This document shows positions 10,272 through 20,443 of a DNA stretch of 51,151 nt, one piece after another. Position numbers and translations under genes: made by a program. Source of the DNA: Nostoc sp. DedSLP01 (GTDB taxonomy: Bacteria > Cyanobacteriota > Cyanobacteriia > Cyanobacteriales > Nostocaceae); assembly GCA_034530875.2 (NCBI GenBank), contig JAVRCJ020000049.1, positions 1 to 51,151 of the forward strand, in the 5' to 3' direction. A model generated the notes under the pieces. It was not told where the DNA came from, searched no databases, and saw nothing but the letters and a program-made list of their open reading frames with translations. Within the stretch, counting starts at the first letter, position 1. Each line of letters starts with the position of its first letter.

Positions 10272-10304
10272 AGATACCCGACTTATCTCAAAAGCCGGGT
10301 ATTT
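10272..10304 (+). terminator. Stem-loop between the amidase and the next gene
   Basis: AGATACCCG-ACTTATCTCAAAAGC-CGGGTATTT inverted repeat; resembles a common cyanobacterial palindromic repeat. Confidence 0.5.
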
Positions 10305-10372
10305 GAACATATCAAATTTCATATTTCTGCTTGGGTTAAATTAAATTACAGCATTATTTTCAGAGGAAAAAC

Positions 10373-11941
10373 ATGTCACTACTCAATGATTTAGTGAATA
10401 GTTATCAGGAAAAAGACTTAAAAGAAATCCTGACCAAAGTTGGCATTCAAGCGGATAAAATTAGTGAGATAAATCGGCAAATCTTAAAAGAAGTTACCCT
10501 CGCTCAATGGTTATTAGAGTCTGGTAAAACTGAAAGCGAACTTGCTATCAAGGCTAACAATTTTAGTGGAATCAAATGGCGATCGCCTGATATGGACGGC
10601 TTTGCCGAACCATTAAAAATTAAAGTTCCTTCTGAGCTAGAAGAAGTCGAATTCTGTAAATTTACAAATATAGACGCTTTTATTATTGGTTATTGGAAAT
10701 TTTTAACTCGCCCTCCATATCAAGGTTTAGAAGCTCACACCAATACACCAGAAAATTTTCTTGGCTTTCTCAAGGGTAAAGGTTATTCCACCGATCCTAA
10801 CTATGTCAGTAAAGTTGTGAATTTGCTGCCAGAAGCGCAGAGTTTACTGGCTAATGCAAATGCAGTTCACGTTCTGCCTTCAGTGGAAAAACTACAGTTA
10901 ATTCGTGCGCCTCAAGAAGTAGAAGTGGGGCAGGCTTTCCGAGTTGAAGGCGCGGCACCTTTAGCTAGCAGTGGCAAAGTTTTGTCGGTAAAAATCGATG
11001 GCAAGTTTCCAGGCCCCAGCGTACCAATCAAAGAGGGCGGCAAGTGGCAATTTGATTTCGTGTTTAAACAACAAGGCGATCGCCGCATCACTGTTACTCT
11101 GGAGCAGCAAAGTATAGAATTCGACATTAAAGTTTTAGTTCCTTTTGATAAAAAGTCAGATGTAGAGACTCGACCTACAACATCTAGTTTGCCAGGGGCA
11201 AAGACCATTGAACTCAGAGGTAGTGTAGGAGTTGGCGGAGTCAATCAGGCCGATGATGTTAAGGCAGTGAAAGCACGGTTATATGAGCTAGGCTACACTT
11301 GGGCGGGCGATCCTAACAGTGCAGCTATAGACAGAGGGCTATATGATGCCATCAAACTATTTCAGTCAATCATTGCTGGTCGCAGTACTATTAATGCCGA
11401 TGGCAGAATTGATGTTGAAGAAATGACTCATCGATGGTTGCAAGCAGCTAACGCACCACGCTGGGTATTAATGCCAAAAAGCAACCCAGAAAACGGTTTG
11501 ATCAACGGCGAACTAGCAGAAACCCAAGATCACCACGATTATGGAACGCACTGGTTAGCTGATGCGATCGAAGAAATTGCCCAAGACTATCAAAACAGTT
11601 ATCGTAAAACTTACCCCTCAGCGGCTTTATTTGCTATCAATGATGTTAGCTTGCCCCACGGGGGAGATACTCCCGACCATCAAGGACATGAAACGGGTAT
11701 GATGTGCGATGTTTTCTTGCCCAAAAAGAATGGGAGTTATGGTGGCATTTTTTGGTCGAGTTCTGACTACGATCGAGATGCTACCAGAGCCATGATTAAA
11801 TCTATTCGCAAACACAAACTAGTCAAGCAGAGGGCAGTTTTCTTCAACGATCCAAAGCTGATTACAGAAGGGCTTTGTGCCTTTGCAAACGGTCACGATC
11901 ATCATGTTCACTTTGAAATTAACCCGCCGTTGAGGGGCTAA
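10373..11941 (+). CDS. Multi-domain peptidoglycan hydrolase: glucosaminidase-like + Ig-like + PG-binding + LAS/MepA-like zinc endopeptidase
   Basis: LAQWLLESG, NNFSGIK, GYSTDPNY (GH73-like); DVKAVKARL..LGY/AIKLFQ/DGRID (PG-binding); HETGMMCD and HDHHVH (H-x6-D, H-x-H). Confidence 0.75.
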   Translation: MSLLNDLVNSYQEKDLKEILTKVGIQADKISEINRQILKEVTLAQWLLESGKTESELAIKANNFSGIKWRSPDMDGFAEPLKIKVPSELEEVEFCKFTNIDAFIIGYWKFLTRPPYQGLEAHTNTPENFLGFLKGKGYSTDPNYVSKVVNLLPEAQSLLANANAVHVLPSVEKLQLIRAPQEVEVGQAFRVEGAAPLASSGKVLSVKIDGKFPGPSVPIKEGGKWQFDFVFKQQGDRRITVTLEQQSIEFDIKVLVPFDKKSDVETRPTTSSLPGAKTIELRGSVGVGGVNQADDVKAVKARLYELGYTWAGDPNSAAIDRGLYDAIKLFQSIIAGRSTINADGRIDVEEMTHRWLQAANAPRWVLMPKSNPENGLINGELAETQDHHDYGTHWLADAIEEIAQDYQNSYRKTYPSAALFAINDVSLPHGGDTPDHQGHETGMMCDVFLPKKNGSYGGIFWSSSDYDRDATRAMIKSIRKHKLVKQRAVFFNDPKLITEGLCAFANGHDHHVHFEINPPLRG

Positions 11942-12102
11942 AGGGAAAAGGGCAAAGGGTAAAGGTTTTGATTTCCATTCTCCTTCCCGATTGCCTATTT
12001 CCCAATACCGTTGAGTTAAGCTTTTTCTCTTTTTTCTATCTTTAGCTACTGTTACAGATTGCAGACGAGTAAGATTTGCCGCACTTGCTCAAAGTCTGCA
12101 TC

Positions 12103-13374
12103 CTGACGGGGTGACAAGGAGTCTGGAAGGACTGGTATATCAAGATGTGACGATTGTACGGTAGAAAAAGATAGGTCAAGTATTGTCAACAAGACCTATC
12201 TCATGAAAATGCTGCCTGAATTCTACCAAAAGTGCTTTCAAAATTTACTAACACCCACGCAGTACATGATGCTGCAAATCTTGGTAATGCTATTACAATT
12301 TCATAAAACAGTCACGATTGAAAAACTGGCAACAGTATTTCCACAACCAATACTCTTTGAAAGCAGACGTAAAAGTATTCAAAGATTTTTACTGCTACGA
12401 CAAGTGTCGATTCAGTTTCTTTGGTTTCCTGTAGTGAAGTATTGGGTAAAAAATCGTCAGAATAAACAAGGTAAACAATTAATATTTGCTATTGATAGGA
12501 CGCAGTGGCGACAGCAAAATATATTTATCATCAGCTTAATTGAAGACAAACGAGCCATCCCAATTTACTGGTTAACCTTAAACAAAAAAGGTTGTAGCAA
12601 TCTAGGAGAACAAAAAGCATTAATTCGTCCGGTATTGCGCTTGTTTAAAGGCGATCAAATTTTGATATTAGGCGACCGGGAATTTCATAGTATTAGATTC
12701 GCCAATTGGTTACACAGTAAGGAAATAAACTTTGTTTTGCGGCAAAAACAGGGGACATATATTCGTTCTGGTAATCAATCATATCAACGATTACAAGATT
12801 TAGGGTTAAAACCTGGAGTCTCCTTCTTTATCTATGATGCTCAATTGACAAAGCAAAAAGGTTTTGAAAGATTTAATCTAGCTGGATACTATCCACGTAA
12901 GTATCGGAACAAGGTTGAACCTTATGGATGGTATTTACTCACAAATTTAGACAGTTTATCAGCAGCTATTAAAAGTTTTAAATATCGTAGTGGAATTGAA
13001 GCAATGTTTAAAGATTGTAAAACAGGTGGTTACAATTTAGAATCCACTTATGCGACTGGTAAACGTTTAATCGCACTGATTTTATTAGTAGCGATCGCCT
13101 ACAGTTGTGCAGTCTTTAATGGACGTAAATCACGACAAATTGGTTTGCAAAAGTATGTTGGTCGCCTTCAAGAATTAAAACGTTCTATACGGCGGCATAG
13201 CGCATTTTGGATTGGTTTATACGGTTATTTATGGGTAGGTGCAATGGAATTTTGGTCAGATTTGGCGATCGCTCTTATGCGAAAAAAGCCCAATAAGCTA
13301 CCTCATTTTCAGAAAGGTCTACGCGCCATGACGCTTATTCAGTCAGCATTATAGCCTTACTGTCACCCCTTCAG
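12103..13374 (+). mobile_element. IS4-family insertion sequence (1272 bp), 14-bp terminal IRs, 9-bp TSD
   Basis: Left CTGACGGGGTGACA (12103), right TGTCACCCCTTCAG (13361-13374); direct repeat GTCTGCATC at 12094-12102 and 13375-13383. Confidence 0.95.
12203..13354 (+). CDS. IS4-family DDE transposase
   Basis: AIDRTQW, LGDREF, WYLLTN, RSGIEAMFKDCKTGGYNLE (YREK-like). Confidence 0.95.
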   Translation: MKMLPEFYQKCFQNLLTPTQYMMLQILVMLLQFHKTVTIEKLATVFPQPILFESRRKSIQRFLLLRQVSIQFLWFPVVKYWVKNRQNKQGKQLIFAIDRTQWRQQNIFIISLIEDKRAIPIYWLTLNKKGCSNLGEQKALIRPVLRLFKGDQILILGDREFHSIRFANWLHSKEINFVLRQKQGTYIRSGNQSYQRLQDLGLKPGVSFFIYDAQLTKQKGFERFNLAGYYPRKYRNKVEPYGWYLLTNLDSLSAAIKSFKYRSGIEAMFKDCKTGGYNLESTYATGKRLIALILLVAIAYSCAVFNGRKSRQIGLQKYVGRLQELKRSIRRHSAFWIGLYGYLWVGAMEFWSDLAIALMRKKPNKLPHFQKGLRAMTLIQSAL

Positions 13375-13520
13375 GTCTGCATCTTTTACCAAGGTATATC
13401 CGGCAGATCTTCTCCCCTGCCCCCTCAATAATAAGTCTTCAACCGGATATGATATCTGGTCTTCTTAATGCGTAAATTTTGAATTGGTATAAAGCCTGTC
13501 TTTTTTGAATTTAATGCCGC

Positions 13521-13660
13521 AAAACGCTTGGGTTAAGTATTTCTTTGTTCTCTTTGCGTCCTTCTCTACGAGACGTTGCACGAAGGCGATACCCTGTTAG
13601 AAGCCGCTTTCGTTAAAAAATTAAATTTGACAAGAGTTTTAGCCTTAACCTAAGCGTATT
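13521..13660. mobile_element. MITE-like element (~140 bp)
   Basis: AAAACGCTTGGGTTAAG ... CTTAACCTAAGCGTATT terminal inverted repeats (15/17), no ORF. Confidence 0.6.
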
Positions 13661-13826
13661 GAATATACGCTTTTTGGTGTTCCATCGGTGGGAATGATTT
13701 TTAAAATTGGTATGATTCGGATGTCTTTTATATAAGAACACAGCGATTGCAATTGGTGGATTGTAATTACAATCAGTTGGAATCCCAATCTCCAACAGAT
13801 TGCACTCCTTAGTTTTTGAGAAGTTC

Positions 13827-15212
13827 TTACAATTTCTGTCCTGCGTAAATCGATCGCACTTCACCGTTACGCCGAATCACTGCTTCACCATTGTTGACAT
13901 CAACGAGCGTCCAACCGCTAGAACCGATGCTTTCACCCATATTGATGCGGCGAGTTACGCCATCGATTTTAAACAAAGCGGCAGATTTGTTGCCTAACTC
14001 TAGCAATCCTTCCAAGGTACTGCTTGGAGCCTCTGCGATCGGAGTTGGCGAGAAAACTTGATGCTCGGTGATGGTTGGTTCTGCCTCTGGTGCGAGTGCT
14101 GCACGTAATGGTACAACTGGTAATGCAGGCAGAGGCTTGGCTGTTTGCCGCACGGTAATCGGTGCAGTTTTCGTCGCCACAGCTTTCATATCCGGACGTA
14201 CTGCTGCAGCTAACATGTTGACAGTTGCAGGCTTGGCAGCTTGTCGAACGGTACCCAAGGCAGTTTTCACAATATTAGGTTGAGAACCTTGCAACGCACT
14301 CGCAACTTGTGGTAAAAGTGCGGGAGTGCTAGGAATCGCTGGCAGAGCGTAGCGCATTTGCGATGGTACAGGTACGTAAATGCGTTCAACAACGTTTCCA
14401 GAACGGTTAAATGGTGGTGTATTGTTAGTTGCTAAAGGTGGCAGTGCTGGTAAATTATTCGCTGGTTGGTTGTTGGCAATGACTATTTGGTTAGTATTTG
14501 CCTGAGTAGAAAAGCCAGGTCTGATATCGGTTTGACGATCTTTTACAGCTTGCTTATCGATAACTGCCAAAGCACTGAGCATGTAGTCAACTAACTCTGC
14601 CTCAACTTGTGGTTTTGCTGGCAATTGTGAGTGTGGCTGCGGTAGTACAAGAACTGACTCTGGCAATTTGGTATTTAAAAGATGGACAACGCCAGATTGT
14701 ACCAAGTAGACCATACTAGCGATCGCCACGCCTAATGTTGTTCCCACAATCAGCAGTTTGCCCAAAGCAGAAGTGCTTTTGCGCCGCTTTCTAGCAAGTG
14801 GTTTGACGGTGGCGGTGTCAAACACAACAGTACTCAATTGCTTTTGGTTAAGTTGAGTAACTGACTGTGCTGGGTTATTGGCTGCATTTGATATGATATT
14901 CTGCGGCATGGTAACTGCTTGCAGTGGGTTAAGGGTGCCAGTTGCTACAACTGGATTGAAGTTAGAGTGGTGGTTTGAACCAATCTCAACTTCAGAAGAA
15001 ACCCCGGCAACCGACTGGCTCGATTTTTTCTGACTGCTTTGCCTAAAAGCACCAGCAGCCAGATTACCACTAGCATCGAGAATATAGTCGATATCCGCAA
15101 AGAGTTCATCCATTAAGCCATCAGCATAGATTTCTATCGACCAAGGTTCGTTGGCGATTAAGTCTTCTGATGGTTCTGGAACTATAAGACGGGCGGTGGC
15201 TTGTTGTAACAT
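13827..15212 (-). CDS. Conserved membrane-anchored protein with C-terminal PilP/GspC-like beta domain
   Basis: One TM segment, Pro/Ala-rich linker, C-terminal LEGLLELG...AALF...GESIGSSGWTL...AVIRRNG. Confidence 0.6.
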   Translation of the reverse strand: MLQQATARLIVPEPSEDLIANEPWSIEIYADGLMDELFADIDYILDASGNLAAGAFRQSSQKKSSQSVAGVSSEVEIGSNHHSNFNPVVATGTLNPLQAVTMPQNIISNAANNPAQSVTQLNQKQLSTVVFDTATVKPLARKRRKSTSALGKLLIVGTTLGVAIASMVYLVQSGVVHLLNTKLPESVLVLPQPHSQLPAKPQVEAELVDYMLSALAVIDKQAVKDRQTDIRPGFSTQANTNQIVIANNQPANNLPALPPLATNNTPPFNRSGNVVERIYVPVPSQMRYALPAIPSTPALLPQVASALQGSQPNIVKTALGTVRQAAKPATVNMLAAAVRPDMKAVATKTAPITVRQTAKPLPALPVVPLRAALAPEAEPTITEHQVFSPTPIAEAPSSTLEGLLELGNKSAALFKIDGVTRRINMGESIGSSGWTLVDVNNGEAVIRRNGEVRSIYAGQKL

Positions 15213-15442
15213 AAACGTTTTGGGTTATTGCTAGGACAGGGAAACGCTGCTCCTACTGCCTTTTAATCAGGATGATCGATCGAATAGTCAATTCCCCCGT
15301 CTGATGAGGACGAGTTATTGAGCAGTGGTATTAAAATCAACTTCAATCTGGGGATTGTTAATGATGGCAGTACTAAGGTTTATGTCATCTATCATACCCA
15401 TCTCCCTCTCCACTACTATACTCGCCCTTTATAAATTTTTTA

Positions 15443-17365
15443 TTAAATTAACGCTGGGAACTCTGGCTGGCTCTTTGTTTTACGCAATTCTAGATATAAT
15501 ATTAAAGCGTTAATGTCGGCCGGGTTAACACCGCCTATACGTGCAGCTTGACCGAGCGTCAGCGGTTTTACATGAGTCAGCTTTTCCCGCGCTTCTTTGG
15601 AAAGAGTATCGATTTTCGTGTAATCTAAATCCGCAGGTAACTGGCGGTGGGCTTGACGGGCGATTTGGTCAATCTGATTTTGTTGCCTAGCCAAATATCC
15701 AGAATATTTGATGTCAATTTCTGCGCCTTCTTTTTCGGCGCGGTTGAGGTCGGGGTTACCTAGTCCGAACCTGTCGAGGTCAACGTAATGGAATCCCGGA
15801 CGCCGCAGTAAGTCATTTAAGGTAATTGAACCTTTAATTGCTTGTTGGGTATGAGATGCGATCGCCATACCAATTTCATCGTGTTCTTTGATGCGGGTGT
15901 TGTATAGCCGTGATTTTTCTGAGGCGATGTGTGCTTGTTTTTGGGTAAATAAATCCCAACGGCGATCGCCAATTAAACCGATTTCCCGCCCCAAAGGTGT
16001 CAGGCGTTGGTCGGCGTTGTCAGAACGCAAAATCAACCGATACTCTGACCTGCTAGTAAGCATTCGGTAAGGTTCCCGCAGGTCTTTGGTACACAAGTCA
16101 TCAACCAGCGTCCCAATGTAACTTTGCTCGCGGGGAAAGACAATCATTTCTTGCGATCGCACAAACCGAGCTGCATTAATTCCCGCTACAATACCTTGAG
16201 CCGCGGCTTCTTCATAGCCTGTGGTGCCGTTAACCTGTCCGGCACAAAATAGCCCCGCAACCTTTTTAGTCATCAGCGTTGGATAGCACTGAGTTGCAGG
16301 TAAATAGTCATATTCCACAGCATAAGCCGGACGCAACATTACGCATTTTTCCAAACCAGGGAGACTCCGCAACATTTGTAATTGCAGATTTTCTGGCAAA
16401 CCTGTAGAAAACCCTTGAATATACAGTTCGGGAATATCTCTTCCTTCCGGCTCAATAAAGATTTGATGGCTTTCTTTATCTGCGAAGCGAACAATCTTAT
16501 CTTCAATACTCGGACAATAACGCGGCCCTTTGGCTTCCACCCAACCACCATAAACCGGGGAAAGGTGTAAATTTTCCTTAATCAGGCGATGTGTTTCAGT
16601 AGTTGTACGGGTAATGTAGCAAGGCATCTGTTCGCGTTCCACCCATACATCCGGGTCAAAGCTAAACCAGCGCACATCTTCATCCCCTGGCTGGATTTGC
16701 ATTTTACTGTAATCCACCGATCGCTTGTCTACTCTGGCTGGAGTTCCAGTCTTGAGTCTACCGGTTTCAAATCCCAAGCGATTCAGGGTTTGTGTCAATC
16801 CTTCAGCCGCAAATTCCCCAGCTCGTCCGGCTGGCATTGATTTATTACCTACCCAAATTTTGCCACCCAAAAAGGTGCCAGTTGTTAAGATGACGGCTTT
16901 GCATTGGAACGCCACGCCAAAATAAGTTTCTACGCCGATGACTTCATCATTAGCGCCCAAAACCAAATCAACTGCCATACTTTCGCGGATGGTCAAGTTT
17001 TCTTGGTTTTCCACAATATTTTTCATCACAGCCGCATATTCGCGCTTGTCAGTTTGGGCGCGTAAAGCCCAAACAGCAGGCCCCCGTGAAGAGTTGAGGA
17101 TGCGCTTTTGCAAATAGGTGCGGTCTGCCATTTTCCCAATTTCGCCGCCGAGTGCGTCTACCTCATGGGTCAACTGGGATTTTGCCGGGCCACCTACTGC
17201 GGGGTTGCAAGGTTGCCAAGCGATTTTATCCAAATTGAGTGTCAGTAACAAGGTACGACAACCGAGGCGGGCAGAGGCGAGAGCTGCTTCGCAACCGGAG
17301 TGACCTGCACCGACGACAATAACATCAAAAGCGTCTTGAAATTCAACAGACTTGTGCATGGTCAT
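15443..17365 (-). CDS. mnmG: tRNA uridine-5-carboxymethylaminomethyl modification enzyme MnmG (GidA)
   Basis: [55 protein letters not shown]; start at MTMH (17365) preferred over 17425. Confidence 0.98.
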   Translation of the reverse strand: MTMHKSVEFQDAFDVIVVGAGHSGCEAALASARLGCRTLLLTLNLDKIAWQPCNPAVGGPAKSQLTHEVDALGGEIGKMADRTYLQKRILNSSRGPAVWALRAQTDKREYAAVMKNIVENQENLTIRESMAVDLVLGANDEVIGVETYFGVAFQCKAVILTTGTFLGGKIWVGNKSMPAGRAGEFAAEGLTQTLNRLGFETGRLKTGTPARVDKRSVDYSKMQIQPGDEDVRWFSFDPDVWVEREQMPCYITRTTTETHRLIKENLHLSPVYGGWVEAKGPRYCPSIEDKIVRFADKESHQIFIEPEGRDIPELYIQGFSTGLPENLQLQMLRSLPGLEKCVMLRPAYAVEYDYLPATQCYPTLMTKKVAGLFCAGQVNGTTGYEEAAAQGIVAGINAARFVRSQEMIVFPREQSYIGTLVDDLCTKDLREPYRMLTSRSEYRLILRSDNADQRLTPLGREIGLIGDRRWDLFTQKQAHIASEKSRLYNTRIKEHDEIGMAIASHTQQAIKGSITLNDLLRRPGFHYVDLDRFGLGNPDLNRAEKEGAEIDIKYSGYLARQQNQIDQIARQAHRQLPADLDYTKIDTLSKEAREKLTHVKPLTLGQAARIGGVNPADINALILYLELRKTKSQPEFPALI

Positions 17366-17774
17366 ACTTAGCAGGAACGGCAAACTGAAAGTTCTTTCCA
17401 ATTTTAACCTTTCCAGTGATTTCATGGATGTAACTTTCTGATAAATAAGTTATCAAATTAGCTATTAGTCAATAACAAAGTCAATTCTATTTTTTACAAA
17501 TATTTTCATCTTGTCAGCGACAAACATGAGTTGATTTTTGTGTGATGTATTTTAGATATCTTGCTAAAGATAGTTAACTTAGAGATATCGCTACATATAT
17601 ACAAAAATATAGCAGCCGTGGCGCATAGCTGTGCGCCCTTACCCGTGTAGAACTGGTAAGCTAAATTTTTGGTAAATTATCGTTATTTATTTTTATTTTT
17701 AATTCATAAATAACTGATTTTCATATCAAGGCAATGAATATTAATTGTAAATATATTTAGGTAAGTATTGAAAA

Positions 17775-18647
17775 ATGAAACCTATTACATATAAAAAATA
17801 TTTCCAGCATAAATTTGTCAAAATTGGAACTTTTAGCAGTACTGTAATTTTGATGATTTTTGCTTTAGCAGCTAGTAATAAAATTAGCCATCACAAATTA
17901 GCTGTAACTGCTCAACCATTAAAAGAATGTTTGAGTACAGATCCATTACCTTGTAAAGGCGTATCAAAAGAGTTAACATCACAACCATTTATTCCCGACC
18001 AAAAACTAAACGAGCAACAGCGTTTCTTATCGGCGATCGCCAGAAATTTATCGACAATTCCCCAGCCCAATACTTATGAATATACTTTGCTACGTACTTA
18101 TGGCTCAGTTTTTGTCAATCCAGGTGTAGAAATTAAATTGCCGCCAAAAGAACTATTTGCTAACGAACAAGAAACTCAAGAATATCAAGCAACTTTGACA
18201 ATGGGTCATGTTGAGGGAACTAGAGATTGTTATTTACAAAAATCAGCAGCAGATGCTTTAAATAAAGCTCGAAAAATAGAAAATATTCCCCTGAAATCTG
18301 GTTATGGTTCTGGAGATTGTACTCGCACTTTCAACACGAATTTACAATTTTGGCACAAATATGCGAATAACCAAACTCTCGCACAAGTTCAACAGGGTAA
18401 AGAAACAAAAATTCTCGGTCTAGTTGCGCCTCCTGGAACCTCACAACATCTCTGGGGACTAGCAATTGATTTACGCGTATCAAACCAAAAACAAAGACAA
18501 GTACTCAATCAAAATGGTTGGTTTCAAACTGTAGAAAACGATGTTCCACATTGGACTTATATAGGTTTATCTGAGGATAAATTACCTCTATTTGGGTTGA
18601 AAAATAAACTTGTCAGGGGTATTAATTATTGGGTGACGCCACTTTAA
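17775..18647 (+). CDS. Exported M15B/VanY-like D-Ala-D-Ala carboxypeptidase family protein
   Basis: N-terminal hydrophobic segment; APPGTSQHLWGLAID (S-x-H-x-x-G-x-A-x-D) and DVPHW. Confidence 0.8.
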   Translation: MKPITYKKYFQHKFVKIGTFSSTVILMIFALAASNKISHHKLAVTAQPLKECLSTDPLPCKGVSKELTSQPFIPDQKLNEQQRFLSAIARNLSTIPQPNTYEYTLLRTYGSVFVNPGVEIKLPPKELFANEQETQEYQATLTMGHVEGTRDCYLQKSAADALNKARKIENIPLKSGYGSGDCTRTFNTNLQFWHKYANNQTLAQVQQGKETKILGLVAPPGTSQHLWGLAIDLRVSNQKQRQVLNQNGWFQTVENDVPHWTYIGLSEDKLPLFGLKNKLVRGINYWVTPL

Positions 18648-18770
18648 GTAAAACTGAAAAGTTCCGTTTCTGGGTTCTAACTTCTAACTCCTGAATTCTG
18701 AATTATTTTGTTACATTCTATACGGAATTGGGAATACTAAAACAAAAGATGCATTATCAGGAATTTAGTT

Positions 18771-20270
18771 ATGCCAAATGAAGCTGCTAATGAGGAGCAA
18801 ATTTTCCTAGTTGATTTATTAAGGGCAATATATCAAAACCGGGAAATATATCCGATTTTGCAACATAATTTAAGTAAATTAAATGATAATTTGGCTTTAA
18901 TATTGCGAAAATGGGTAAGCGATCGCTTTGCTAAAGAACCTGCCAATGGTATTAATATAGCTAGAGTTATTTTTAAACTTAGTAAAATCATTCATAGCTT
19001 TGAAGAAGGTAATATTACAAGTAATTTGCAAATTGCAATTGCTGGTTATGAAACAGTTTTACAGGTTTATACCCGTGAAGCTTTTCCTAAAGAATCGAAT
19101 ATCGTCCAGCAAGCTTTGGTAACAGCTTATCAGCAACACCAACATACCCTCTCTAAAACCCTTGGCGAACTTCAGCAGCAGACTATTCAAACTCAAACTC
19201 AAATCAAGTCGGTAACTGAACAATTACAGCAAGAATTACAGCAAGCAAACCTGCAATTCAATGACTTAAATACAGTAATTGCAAACTTCAAACAGCAAGT
19301 AAATAGTTCCGAATCAACATCTTTATTAACTGAGTTTCAAGAGTTAAAACAGCGTCAGACTCGTTTAGAGGAGTTTACTACTATAACGAATACTTTACAT
19401 AAAATTGAGCCGTTCAATACAGCTATTTTTTATGATATTGAAAATTTAACAATGGGTAAAAGCGACCCTAATTTAAATTTTTCGTTAAAAAAAATTCAAA
19501 CTGATATCGAAAAAATTTGCCTAGTTAATAAAATTGCTATTCAATGTGCTTATGCTGACTGGAGTGATTCGCGTTTAAGACCGCTTAAGAATGAAATTCA
19601 AGAATTGGGAATTGAAGCAATCCAAATTTTTGATTACACTCATAAACGAAATGCAGCAGACATGCAGCTAGCTATTGATGTTATGGAATTAGCACAGAGT
19701 CGTCCTACGTTGCAAGTTTTTGCGATTGTATCAGGTGATGGTGCGTTTGCAGCTTTAGCCAAAAAGCTCCATGAATATGGAAAGAATGTAATTGGATGCG
19801 CTTATGAAACGCAAGCAAATCGTATCCTCAAATCTGTTTGCGATCGCTTTTTACCTATACCTACTCCCCAAAGTAAAATCGAAGATATTCAAGTTGCTGA
19901 AGTAGCTAAAGATAGCCCATCAAATGATGATATTTTAGTAATAACTAAGAAAGTTTTGCATGGATTAAAGCAAAATATCGAACAAGCTCACCAATTAAGA
20001 CAAGGTGGTATCGATATATCTCAAATTCATAAATTTTTGAGAAATAATATACCAGAATTTGATAAAAAAAGAGAAAAATATGGTAAAAAATTAACAAGTT
20101 TTTTGAAAAAAGTTATTGAAGAAACAGATATTTATCTATCTATTGAAAACAATAAGTTAATTTTGAGAGAAATAAACACAGGCTCTAATGCTTCATCAAA
20201 TAAGAGCTTGAAAAGTCTAACTAACTCTAGTAATAATATTAAAGAAATGGCTGTAACAGCCAAACTTTAA
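18771..20270 (+). CDS. NYN (LabA/DUF88, PIN-like) domain protein with N-terminal helical/coiled-coil region and C-terminal OST-HTH-like domain
   Basis: FYDIENL, AYADW, KRNAADMQLAID, IVSGDG, L...CDRF motifs. Confidence 0.85.
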   Translation: MPNEAANEEQIFLVDLLRAIYQNREIYPILQHNLSKLNDNLALILRKWVSDRFAKEPANGINIARVIFKLSKIIHSFEEGNITSNLQIAIAGYETVLQVYTREAFPKESNIVQQALVTAYQQHQHTLSKTLGELQQQTIQTQTQIKSVTEQLQQELQQANLQFNDLNTVIANFKQQVNSSESTSLLTEFQELKQRQTRLEEFTTITNTLHKIEPFNTAIFYDIENLTMGKSDPNLNFSLKKIQTDIEKICLVNKIAIQCAYADWSDSRLRPLKNEIQELGIEAIQIFDYTHKRNAADMQLAIDVMELAQSRPTLQVFAIVSGDGAFAALAKKLHEYGKNVIGCAYETQANRILKSVCDRFLPIPTPQSKIEDIQVAEVAKDSPSNDDILVITKKVLHGLKQNIEQAHQLRQGGIDISQIHKFLRNNIPEFDKKREKYGKKLTSFLKKVIEETDIYLSIENNKLILREINTGSNASSNKSLKSLTNSSNNIKEMAVTAKL

Positions 20271-20299
20271 AAAAAAATTCTGCATCTTTAGTATTAGCA

Positions 20300-20376
20300 G
20301 TAGGGTGTGTTATGGCGTAGCCTAATGCACCCAAACTTTTAGATGGTGCGTTATGCCAAAGGCTAACGCACCCTAC
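20300..20376. repeat. Inverted pair of REP-like GTAG palindromes between convergent genes
   Basis: GTAGGGTGTGTTA..TAATGCACC and GGTGCGTTA..TAACGCACCCTAC. Confidence 0.8.
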
Positions 20377-20443
20377 ATATATTTCAAAGATTAAATATAA
20401 GTTTTATGGTAGTTCGATATTGGAGCTATAATACAAAATTAAT

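Noticed and set aside
13613..13997. Short ORFs 13613-13864 and 13800-13997
   Set aside because: Overlap a real gene or a MITE; shadow frames
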